From the NCBI GenBank assembly GCA_016649775.1, contig JAENWY010000001.1:1-37664 (forward strand): DNA of 37,664 bases, given 5' to 3'. Origin of the DNA: Spirochaetaceae bacterium. GTDB lineage: Bacteria; Spirochaetota; Spirochaetia; Sphaerochaetales; Sphaerochaetaceae. Both the position numbers and the translations under genes were made by a program. Below the pieces are notes generated by a model that ran no database searches, had not been told where the DNA came from, and saw only the letters and a program-made list of their open reading frames with translations. Below are positions 28,017-36,174 of the stretch, in pieces. The first letter of the stretch is position 1; every line of letters starts with the position of its first letter.

Positions 28017-28826
28017 TTATTTTCCAATAACAGAAATGTCTTTACCAAACCATTTGGTAGTAATACTACTCATAGTTCCATCTTTTTGCATAGCAATTAG
28101 TTGAGCGTTAACTGCATTAGTAAGAGCAATGTCATTTTTCCTAAAACCAACAGCATATTCTTCTTCTGATAATCCAGCATTTAATATAACAAAATCCATA
28201 TTAGATCTTTTAATTGTATCTTGAGCTACTAATAAATCTAATACAACTCCATCAAGACCACCTGCGTTTAAATCCATTAAAGCGGTTAGGTTATCTTTAA
28301 ATTCAATAACTTGTTTTAGACTGTTTTTAAAGTCTGGTGAAGCATCCATAGCATCAGATGCTGTGCTTCCACCTTGAAGACCAATTGTTTTGCCTTCAAA
28401 ATCATCAAGGGTCTTTAAAGGTGAATTAGATTTAACAATTAATACTTGTTTGTTCATAACATAAGTATCTGTAAAACTCATTACTTTTTCTCTTGCAGGA
28501 GATTTGGTAAAACCATTCCAGATACAATCAATATTGCCAGTTGCAAGTTCTTGTTCTTTTGAATTCCAATCAATAGGTTGTAATTTTAATTCAAGACCCA
28601 TTCTCGTTGTTACTTCTTTAGCTAAATCAATATCATAACCAACAATTTCGTTTTTATCATTTCTGTAACCCATTGGAGGGAAAGCATCATCTAAGCCAAG
28701 AATAAAGACACCTTTTTCTTGTACCTTTTTTAAAGAGTTGTCGCCGGTTTTTTCTTTTGTTCCGCTTGCAAAAACGGATGTTGCTAAAATTAGTGATAGC
28801 ATCAATAATGTAATTATTTTTTTCAT
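28017..28826 (-). CDS. periplasmic amino-acid-binding protein (family 3 SBP)
   Basis: Signal peptide MKKIITLLMLSLILATSVFA. GYDIDLAKEV and DCIWNGFT blocks are typical of polar amino-acid SBPs. GGGAG SD. Confidence 0.88.
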   Translation of the reverse strand: MKKIITLLMLSLILATSVFASGTKEKTGDNSLKKVQEKGVFILGLDDAFPPMGYRNDKNEIVGYDIDLAKEVTTRMGLELKLQPIDWNSKEQELATGNIDCIWNGFTKSPAREKVMSFTDTYVMNKQVLIVKSNSPLKTLDDFEGKTIGLQGGSTASDAMDASPDFKNSLKQVIEFKDNLTALMDLNAGGLDGVVLDLLVAQDTIKRSNMDFVILNAGLSEEEYAVGFRKNDIALTNAVNAQLIAMQKDGTMSSITTKWFGKDISVIGK

Positions 28827-28950
28827 AAATTCTCCCAGTAATTTTTTTTAATTACTAGGAGTATATAAAATTACTAGTAATTATTCTAGAGTAGAGTGTA
28901 TAATTATGCACAATTTGTATATTCTTAAACTTTTTGTTATTGCCATAACA

Positions 28951-29103
28951 TTATTTTGTACAACTAGAGCAATCACTATCATGGCAATAATTACAACAAG
29001 CCTTTTTGCCTTTTTTTGTATTTGATTTTCTAAGTGTACTTATTGCTGCATAGATCATTAATATGATTATTGTTGCAACTATTATATTTGCTATAATTGC
29101 CAT
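28951..29103 (-). CDS. FeoB-associated Cys-rich small membrane protein (50 aa; not in the ORF track)
   Basis: The ATG at 29103 lies 1 nt after the feoB stop (29105-29107). Hand translation: MAIIANIIVATIIILMIYAAISTLRKSNTKKGKKACCNYCHDSDCSSCTK. It has one N-terminal TM helix, a basic linker and a C-terminal cluster of 5 Cys + 1 His, which is the known architecture of FeoB-associated Cys-rich proteins. Confidence 0.7.
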   Translation of the reverse strand: MAIIANIIVATIIILMIYAAISTLRKSNTKKGKKACCNYCHDSDCSSCTK

Positions 29104-29104
29104 T

Positions 29105-31066
29105 TTAGAATACTCCTAATAAAATTCTATATGAGATAAATGATGCTAAATATGCTAATCCAACTTGATAAGCAATAGCACCGATAAATAACTTTTTATC
29201 TTTGTATTCCGTTGCCATTGCAGATAAAGCTGCAATACAAGGAGAAGATAGTAATACGAATAAGATAAAGGAGAAACTTCCCGCTTTAGTAAAAAGAGTT
29301 GTAATTGCTGCTCCTTGTAGTGCAACACTCAGTGTTGATACAATTGATTCTTTCGCTGCAATACCTGTTAATAGTGCAACTGAGGCTTGCCAAGTGCCAA
29401 ATCCAATTGGTTTAAATATAGGTGCAATTAATCTACCTAAGAAAGCTAACATACTGTTAGTTGGAAGAGCTTCTTTCAATGTAAAATTATAATTACTTAA
29501 GAACCAAATAACAATACTAGCTAATAAAATAGTCGTACCAGCTTTTAGTATAAAGCCTTTTGTTCTATCCATTGTTTGGACCCAAGTATTTCTAAGAGTT
29601 GGCATTTGATATCTAGGTAATTCTAGAATAAAAGCATTGCTCTCTTTATGTCTATCTAAAAGCTGTGAAATAATTCCAGTAATAGCAATTGCTAAAATAC
29701 CAAAGAAGTACATCATGGGAGCTAGATACCAAGCATTTTGAAAGAAGCTACCTATTATCAATGAAAAAATTGGAAGCTTTGCTCCACATGGAATAAAAGG
29801 AGTTACTAATATTGTTAACTTTCTCATTTTTGGATGTTCAATTGTTCTTGTACTCATAATAGCTGGAACAGTACAACCTGTACCAATTACTAAAGGTATA
29901 ATTGATTTTCCGCTTAACCCTAAATCTCTCATAGCTCTATCCATAATAAAGGCAATACGAGACATATAACCGCAGTCTTCTAATATAGAAAGTAGTGTGA
30001 ATAGGATAAATAATTGAGGAACAAAAGTTAGTACAGCACTTACGCCAGATATTATACCATCAATTAACATATTAGATAAGAATGGAATAACACCAACACT
30101 ATCTAAAAAGATATGTAGTTGTGCACTTATGGAAGTAATACTACTATCAATCAAAGGAATTGTTAATCCTCCAATTAAACTTATTGATACGTAGAATACA
30201 CTTGCCATAACCATAATGAATATTGGAATTGCAAGAAATCTATTAGTCAAAATAGTATCTATTTTAAATTTCTGTGGTGGTTCTGTTTTAAATTCACAAA
30301 TTTTTGTTATATCTTCAGCTACATGATATCTTTGATCTATTATAATTGCATCTATATCATCATCAAAAACTTTTATTAATTTTTCACGACTATCGGCTAA
30401 ACTTTTTTGTAATTTTTCAGGAATAGGAGGCATACGTTCTAGAAAAAGTTCATCTTCTTCTAATAATTTAATAGCACACCATCTTCTTGGATAAGCTTTT
30501 GGAGCAACGTGCATAAAATCATCAGCAATTAATTGTGTGATTATTTTTTCTAAAGGTGGTGCAAAAAGAGAACAAGACGGGATTTTTTTATCAGCCAATG
30601 TTTTATTCACAGCTCTGCTTAATTCCTCAATTCCTGTTCCTTTGCTAGCACTTATATTAACGACTCTAGTATGGAACATTTTTGATAATTGTTCTAAATC
30701 AATTTTGATTCCTTCTTTTTCAAGTAAATCTTGCATGTTTAGCGCTAAAATCATTGGTCTGCCTAATTCAACTAATTGAGTTGTTAAATATAAGCTTCTT
30801 TCAAGATTTGTTGCATCAATAACATCAATGATTAAATCAGGTTCACTATCTAAAATAAAACGTCGCGAAAGTTTTTCCTCAGGGCTGTAGGGAGATAATG
30901 AGTAGATACCTGGTAAATCAAGTGTTTGATTACCATTCCAATCTCCATACTTTTCCTCAACAGTAACGCCGGCCCAGTTACCAACATGGGCAACCATATC
31001 TGTAACTTTGTTAAATAATGTGGATTTCCCGCAGTTTGGATTACCAATTAGACAAATAGTTGCCAT
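29105..31066 (-). CDS. feoB: ferrous iron transporter FeoB
   Basis: N-terminal G-domain (GNPNCGKSTLFN, DLPG, NMQD) followed by a polytopic membrane domain with gate motifs. 653 aa. Confidence 0.93.
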   Translation of the reverse strand: MATICLIGNPNCGKSTLFNKVTDMVAHVGNWAGVTVEEKYGDWNGNQTLDLPGIYSLSPYSPEEKLSRRFILDSEPDLIIDVIDATNLERSLYLTTQLVELGRPMILALNMQDLLEKEGIKIDLEQLSKMFHTRVVNISASKGTGIEELSRAVNKTLADKKIPSCSLFAPPLEKIITQLIADDFMHVAPKAYPRRWCAIKLLEEDELFLERMPPIPEKLQKSLADSREKLIKVFDDDIDAIIIDQRYHVAEDITKICEFKTEPPQKFKIDTILTNRFLAIPIFIMVMASVFYVSISLIGGLTIPLIDSSITSISAQLHIFLDSVGVIPFLSNMLIDGIISGVSAVLTFVPQLFILFTLLSILEDCGYMSRIAFIMDRAMRDLGLSGKSIIPLVIGTGCTVPAIMSTRTIEHPKMRKLTILVTPFIPCGAKLPIFSLIIGSFFQNAWYLAPMMYFFGILAIAITGIISQLLDRHKESNAFILELPRYQMPTLRNTWVQTMDRTKGFILKAGTTILLASIVIWFLSNYNFTLKEALPTNSMLAFLGRLIAPIFKPIGFGTWQASVALLTGIAAKESIVSTLSVALQGAAITTLFTKAGSFSFILFVLLSSPCIAALSAMATEYKDKKLFIGAIAYQVGLAYLASFISYRILLGVF

Positions 31067-31299
31067 TAATTATTCCTTATTTCAAGATTTGAAGCTTGTT
31101 CTTTTCGAATACAGAGATTGTAGCCTCTAATACATACTTCAATAGGGTCACCCATAGGGGCTTTTTTAACTACATTAACGGTTATACCCTTAGTAAATCC
31201 CATATCCATTAATCTGCGTTTTATTTCTTTTGGAGCTTGAATGCTATTTATAATACCACTCTCTCCTATATTTAATTGTTCTACTGTTTTGTTGTTCAT
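31066..31299 (-). CDS. feoA: FeoA (SH3-like ferrous iron transport protein A)
   Basis: MNNKTVEQLNIGESGIINSI...RRLMDMGFTKG-x-V...APMGDPIEV is the FeoA signature. The stop overlaps the feoB start (TAATG). I use ATG 31299; the track's longer form begins at a TTG with no SD. Confidence 0.85.
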   Translation of the reverse strand: MNNKTVEQLNIGESGIINSIQAPKEIKRRLMDMGFTKGITVNVVKKAPMGDPIEVCIRGYNLCIRKEQASNLEIRNN

Positions 31300-31397
31300 G
31301 TATAACAAGTTATTAAAAACTGAAATGAAATACAACAGGTTAATAAACAAATATGAAATATATTTTAATTATTTTATTTTTTAAGCTAAAAGTGCCC

Positions 31398-32675
31398 TTA
31401 ATAAATGAATTTGAAGGCTTTTTTTAGTCTTTCATTTTTATTAATATCTACATAATGAAAGGTTTTTAATCCTTCTTTAGCAGCACTTGCAATATTTTTT
31501 GATAAATCATCAATGAAATAAATATGAGAGGCATCAATATTCTCTTTTTCTATTATGTATTTAAAGAAGGAAGAAGAGGGTTTATACCTTTTTATTTCAT
31601 GGGACATATAGGCGTAATTGGTAAAATCAAATAGTCCTTTTTCCCCCATAATTTGAGCATGTGGGGTAAAGGTATTTGAACCAAGAACTACTCTATATCC
31701 TCTGTCTTTTAATCTCTTCATAATCTCAATTATAGGCTTATTAAGGGTAGGGCAAAAATGATTGTAAAAAGGATCTCCTACTATCTCAATATTCATAGTA
31801 TCTCGGATGTGCTTCCAATATTGATCACAGGATATATTACCATCCATTAATGGAGCAGAATAAGCTTTAAAGTCTAATAAAAATTCATTAGCTTCTTTTT
31901 CACTTAGTTTTAATTCTTTAATAATTTGTGATAAACATTCAATGTTATTTATTGCAACATTACCTGCATCAAAAACAAAAACTTTACAATCTAGTGGTTC
32001 GTCATTTAGAGAAGTATATAATCCTTTATAGCAAAGAGGGTCAGAAAGTGAACTAACTACTCTATCTGCACCACTTTGACCATAAGATAAACCATCAAAA
32101 TCAAGATTTATTTTATATCCAATACTATACATGCCTGCATTCTTAGCAGCTTGTATACCGTTTATGGCATCTTCATATACAACACATTCACTAGGGTTTA
32201 CTCCTAATTGAATAGCACCTTTTAAAAATATTTCAGGACTTGGTTTTCCCTTTTGCACATTTGTTAAATCTACTATAGTATCAAAAAAGTGATCGATTTT
32301 AGTTAATTTAATAATTTCATTTGCATTAGAGGATGCACTACATAAAGCCATTTTAATATGAGCGTCCTTTAATCTTTGGAGTAGTTCTAAGGAGCCCTCC
32401 ATTAATAGGTTCTCTTTTTTTTCTCTTATTATTTCTTTATATCTAATATCCTTTTTTTCATAAAGCCTATCACAATTTTTTTTAGTGGGTTTTAGTCCAA
32501 CTTCTTTGGCCACAATATATGCTCCCTCTTCTTTTAATACTCCACCAAGAGCTTCTATAGTTTCTTTTGATAATATTGTGTTAAATTCTTCTTTTGCAAT
32601 TTGCTGATATATGCTTACATGGTATTTTTGAGTATCAACTATTACTCCATCCATATCAAAAAGAGCTGCTTTCAT
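31398..32675 (-). CDS. fusion of two HAD-superfamily domains (beta-phosphoglucomutase-like + YihX-like)
   Basis: Domain 1: FDMDGVIVDT, CSASS, KGKPSPEIF, YEDAINGIQAAKNAGM. Domain 2: VFDAGNVAINN (D-x-G-N-V as in E. coli YihX FDLGNVIVDI), GSNT, RYKPSSSFF, FIDDLSKNIASA. GGGGAG SD. Confidence 0.7.
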   Translation of the reverse strand: MKAALFDMDGVIVDTQKYHVSIYQQIAKEEFNTILSKETIEALGGVLKEEGAYIVAKEVGLKPTKKNCDRLYEKKDIRYKEIIREKKENLLMEGSLELLQRLKDAHIKMALCSASSNANEIIKLTKIDHFFDTIVDLTNVQKGKPSPEIFLKGAIQLGVNPSECVVYEDAINGIQAAKNAGMYSIGYKINLDFDGLSYGQSGADRVVSSLSDPLCYKGLYTSLNDEPLDCKVFVFDAGNVAINNIECLSQIIKELKLSEKEANEFLLDFKAYSAPLMDGNISCDQYWKHIRDTMNIEIVGDPFYNHFCPTLNKPIIEIMKRLKDRGYRVVLGSNTFTPHAQIMGEKGLFDFTNYAYMSHEIKRYKPSSSFFKYIIEKENIDASHIYFIDDLSKNIASAAKEGLKTFHYVDINKNERLKKAFKFIY

Positions 32676-32855
32676 AATGTACTCCCCTTTAAAATTATTA
32701 TATGCATATTATCAAAGTAGTTGTTAAAGAACAAGTTACGTTTTTTTGATAATAATTTATAAAAATATCACTTTAAAATGTCTACTTAGTTAAAAATAAA
32801 AAGTTTTACGAGGATAACAAGTGACAATCTTTTTTTTTATTGTTATATTGTATTT

Positions 32856-33224
32856 ATGAATAAATCAGGTGAAGACTACTTAGAAGCTATACTTAATCTT
32901 GAAGAGGTTAATAGTGGTGCACGTATTACTGACATTGCAAAACATTTAGGAGTATCAAAACCTAGTGTTAACAGAGCTATGAAAGTTTTAGGTGAAAATG
33001 GTTACGTTAATCATGAAACCTACGGCAAGATAACTTTAACTGACAAGGGAAGAGCTCATGCCTCTATGGTCTATTCTCGCCATACAACACTTATTAGATT
33101 TCTGAGAGAGGTTCTAGATGTTAGTGAAGACGTTGCAAAAAGAGATGCATGTTTAATTGAGCATGATGTTTCTAGTGAAACTATGGAAAAAATATTTGGT
33201 TATCTTGAGGCGCATAAAAATTAA
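32856..33224 (+). CDS. DtxR/MntR-family metal-dependent transcriptional regulator (short form, no SH3-like C-domain)
   Basis: SGEDYLEAILNLEE...ITDIAKHLGVSKPSVNRAMKVLGENGYV... is the DtxR-family wHTH plus dimerisation helix. 122 aa. No SD is visible upstream of the ATG. Confidence 0.8.
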   Translation: MNKSGEDYLEAILNLEEVNSGARITDIAKHLGVSKPSVNRAMKVLGENGYVNHETYGKITLTDKGRAHASMVYSRHTTLIRFLREVLDVSEDVAKRDACLIEHDVSSETMEKIFGYLEAHKN

Positions 33225-33240
33225 AAAAAAATGGATCATA

Positions 33241-33260
33241 ATAAGGTGGTCCTTATTTTT
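33241..33260 (+). terminator. candidate terminator of the DtxR-family gene
   Basis: ATAAGG-TGGT-CCTTAT hairpin followed by TTTT. It overlaps the stop codon of the convergent AraC-type gene. Confidence 0.45.
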
Positions 33261-34014
33261 AGCTATATAAAACGTACAATTTCCTATATTTAGAAGGAAT
33301 AATTCCTAATTCCCTTTTAAATATTTTTGCAAAATAGCTCATTGTATTAAAGCCACAAACAGTTCCTATTTGATTTATTGTCATCTCCTCCCTACTCATT
33401 AGTTCAATGGCAGCATTAAGTCTATATATATTTAAGTATCTAACATAGTTTAATCCTGTTTCTGCTTTAAATATTCTAGATAGATGTGCCTCAGATACTT
33501 TAATAAGAGAAGCGGCCTCCTGTAGACCAATAGATCTTTTGTAGTTTTGTTTTATAAAACTAATTGCAGATAATACTATTAAATCAGAAGAATATGTTTT
33601 TAATTCAAGGGTTTGGATAATTTCATTATCACTTAAGACATTATATTTAATTCTATCTTTTTTAATGAGTTCAATTATTGAACACAATTGATTATAGACC
33701 TCTTCTCTTGTAATTGGACTATTTCCAAGTTTATAAATTCCAAATTCAAATGCTTTTTCGATTTCTCCTTTATCTTCCTCTATATATACTAAAGTATGAT
33801 ATATTGGGCACTCTTCTAAAAAGGGATAGATTCCTTTTAAATTGAGTTCAGTAATTACAATATCAGGTTTAAGAGTGGTTAATACAATCTTAGCACTTTC
33901 TCCATTATCTATGGAGGCCACAAGTTCAAGATCCATTTTTACCCAATCAATGTGATTTGCAATTTTTTGTCTACATTCTTTATTTCTAATAGCTAATAGT
34001 ACCTTAAGTGTCAT
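33259..34014 (-). CDS. AraC-family regulator with an atypical (acid-pocket-less) receiver-like N-domain
   Basis: The C-terminal AraC HTH pair: LQEAASLIKVSEAHLSRIFK...INQIGTVCGFNTMSYFAKIFKRELGIIPSKYR. The N-terminal CheY-like fold reads VLLAIRNKE instead of LIVDDE, and PDIVITELNLKG instead of PDIVITD. I start at ATG 34014 (GAGG 6 nt upstream); ATG 34026 is the alternative. Confidence 0.7.
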   Translation of the reverse strand: MTLKVLLAIRNKECRQKIANHIDWVKMDLELVASIDNGESAKIVLTTLKPDIVITELNLKGIYPFLEECPIYHTLVYIEEDKGEIEKAFEFGIYKLGNSPITREEVYNQLCSIIELIKKDRIKYNVLSDNEIIQTLELKTYSSDLIVLSAISFIKQNYKRSIGLQEAASLIKVSEAHLSRIFKAETGLNYVRYLNIYRLNAAIELMSREEMTINQIGTVCGFNTMSYFAKIFKRELGIIPSKYRKLYVLYS

Positions 34015-34154
34015 AATTAACCTCATTTTTTCTTTTTTTCTACTAAAATATAGTATTCCATGTTAATATTAATCAAGTTATAGACCCCTTTATATTCTTC
34101 ATGCATAAAACATGTAATTATATACAACTTTTTGCATAATATGTAATATATCTA

Positions 34155-34183
34155 TTGACTAAGGATAAATTATAAAATAGATT
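34155..34183 (+). promoter_or_regulatory. candidate sigma70 promoter for the ilv leader transcript
   Basis: TTGACT (34155-34160), a 17-nt spacer, then TAGATT (34178-34183), ~50 nt upstream of the leader ORF. Confidence 0.35.
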
Positions 34184-34235
34184 ATAAACATTAACAATTC
34201 TTACTTAGTAAGATCAAACAAATTCAAGGAACACA

Positions 34236-34355
34236 ATGATGATTAGTTACAAAAATACATTACTATCTAACATTATTATAAGCCGCCTCATTCTTAGCGT
34301 TGGCTTAGTTTCTCTTGTGCTCATTATTTTAACAATTTTAGCAGTCATTATATAG
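34236..34355 (+). CDS. candidate Ile/Leu/Val-rich leader peptide (39 aa) of the ilvN-ilvC-leuA operon
   Basis: AAGGA sits 5 nt before the ATG. Hand translation: MMISYKNTLLSNIIISRLILSVGLVSLVLIILTILAVII*. It has 10 Ile + 9 Leu + 4 Val = 23/39. The ORF ends 106 nt upstream of ilvN and is followed by stem-loops. It is too short for the ORF track. Confidence 0.5.
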   Translation: MMISYKNTLLSNIIISRLILSVGLVSLVLIILTILAVII

Positions 34356-34357
34356 TA

Positions 34358-34432
34358 GCCACAATCTTAAATATTAAGAAAGTGTGGCAGGAACCTCCCG
34401 AATATAAAAATATATAGGGTTGGTATTGTTGT
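34358..34432 (+). promoter_or_regulatory. two stem-loops between leader ORF and ilvN (candidate attenuator)
   Basis: Stem-loop A is at 34358-34388 (GCCACA/TGTGGC plus TCTTAA/TTAAGA). Stem-loop B is at 34394-34423 (CC..CCC / GGG..GG clamps around A/T pairs) and is followed by the U-rich TATTGTTGT. CCTCCC at 34394-34399 is also complementary to the downstream GGGA/GGAG SD region. Confidence 0.4.
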
Positions 34433-34461
34433 ACCCAAAAAAGGGAAAGGAGATTTATAAG

Positions 34462-34992
34462 ATGGAAAATAAAGAAGAATTACAGAGATTTACTCTATCA
34501 CTTTTAGTAAATAACCACGCTGGTGTTTTACAGCGAGTTGTCGGTCTTTTCTCTAGAAGAGGCTATAACATTGTAACACTAAGTGTTGGTGAAACTCAAA
34601 ATAGTTTGATTAGCCGTATGACAATTGTTGTCCTTGGTAATCAAGCTATTGTTAAGCAAATTAAAAATCAAGTTGAAAAACTGGTTGATGTACTTCGGGC
34701 GAGAATCCTTGAAGATAAACCTTCTATTGAGAGTGAATTACTTTTAGTTAAACTTTCAACTGTGAATAACCATAGATCAAGTGTTATAGAGTTAGGGGAA
34801 TTATTTAAAGCAAAAGTGAAAGATGTGACTCACACAACTTTAACTTTTGAAATCGTTGGAACAGTACAGAAAATAGAATCATTTTTAACACTTGCTATTG
34901 AATATGGAATTGTTGAAATTGCAAGAACTGGTATAGCGGCTTTAGAAAGAGGCCCAATTGCATTAAAAGATGCACCTTATGAAGAAGTATAA
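34462..34992 (+). CDS. ilvN: acetolactate synthase small (regulatory) subunit
   Basis: ACT-domain signature HAGVLQRVVGLFSRRGYNIVTLSVGETQNSLISRMTIVV, C-terminal ...IARTGIAALERG. ATG 34462 has AAGGAG 8 nt upstream; the track's TTG 34420 extension is unlikely. Confidence 0.9.
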   Translation: MENKEELQRFTLSLLVNNHAGVLQRVVGLFSRRGYNIVTLSVGETQNSLISRMTIVVLGNQAIVKQIKNQVEKLVDVLRARILEDKPSIESELLLVKLSTVNNHRSSVIELGELFKAKVKDVTHTTLTFEIVGTVQKIESFLTLAIEYGIVEIARTGIAALERGPIALKDAPYEEV

Positions 34993-34996
34993 GTAA

Positions 34997-36043
<1,047 letters not shown>

Positions 36044-36054
36044 TAATTTCAAAT

Positions 36055-36087
36055 ATCTCCACTTTTAGAATTAATAAAAGTGGAGAT
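36055..36087 (+). other. 12-bp perfect stem-loop between ilvC and leuA (partial terminator or mRNA-stabilising hairpin)
   Basis: ATCTCCACTTTT/AAAAGTGGAGAT (36055-36066/36076-36087) with a 9-nt loop. No clean U-tract follows (GGTTATAT). Confidence 0.5.
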
Positions 36088-36109
36088 GGTTATATAAAAT
36101 ATTGTAGCT

Positions 36110-36131
36110 AAAATAGAATATATTCTATTTT
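36110..36131. promoter_or_regulatory. perfect 22-nt palindrome upstream of leuA (candidate operator or weak hairpin)
   Basis: AAAATAGAATATATTCTATTTT equals its own reverse complement. It lies 44 nt upstream of the leuA ATG. Confidence 0.3.
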
Positions 36132-36174
36132 AATTAAAATGTTTTATTAAATAAAAAATGTGTGGAGAAAATAA

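Noticed and set aside
29202-31047. ORFs 29202..29492, 30537..30779 and 30850..31047
   Set aside because: All lie inside feoB on the opposite strand or in another frame. feoB is unambiguous.
31300-31350. Longer FeoA form starting at TTG 31350
   Set aside because: It would add a 17-aa hydrophobic extension not seen in FeoA proteins, and the TTG has no SD. The ATG 31299 product is a typical ~77-aa FeoA.
32747-32770. Fur-box-like TGATAATAATTTATAAAAATATCA in the HAD/DtxR divergent region
   Set aside because: Only the outer TGATA/TATCA arms are symmetric (about 7/12 arm matches). It is indistinguishable from AT-rich background.
34420-34461. TTG-initiated 14-codon extension of ilvN
   Set aside because: It overlaps the stem-loop/SD region. 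ATG 34462 has a canonical AAGGAG and gives the normal IlvN N-terminus.
34027-34461. T-box or other riboswitch upstream of the ilv genes
   Set aside because: No T-box core (AGGGUGGNACCGCG-like) or specifier-loop architecture is visible. The ILV-rich leader ORF explains the region better.
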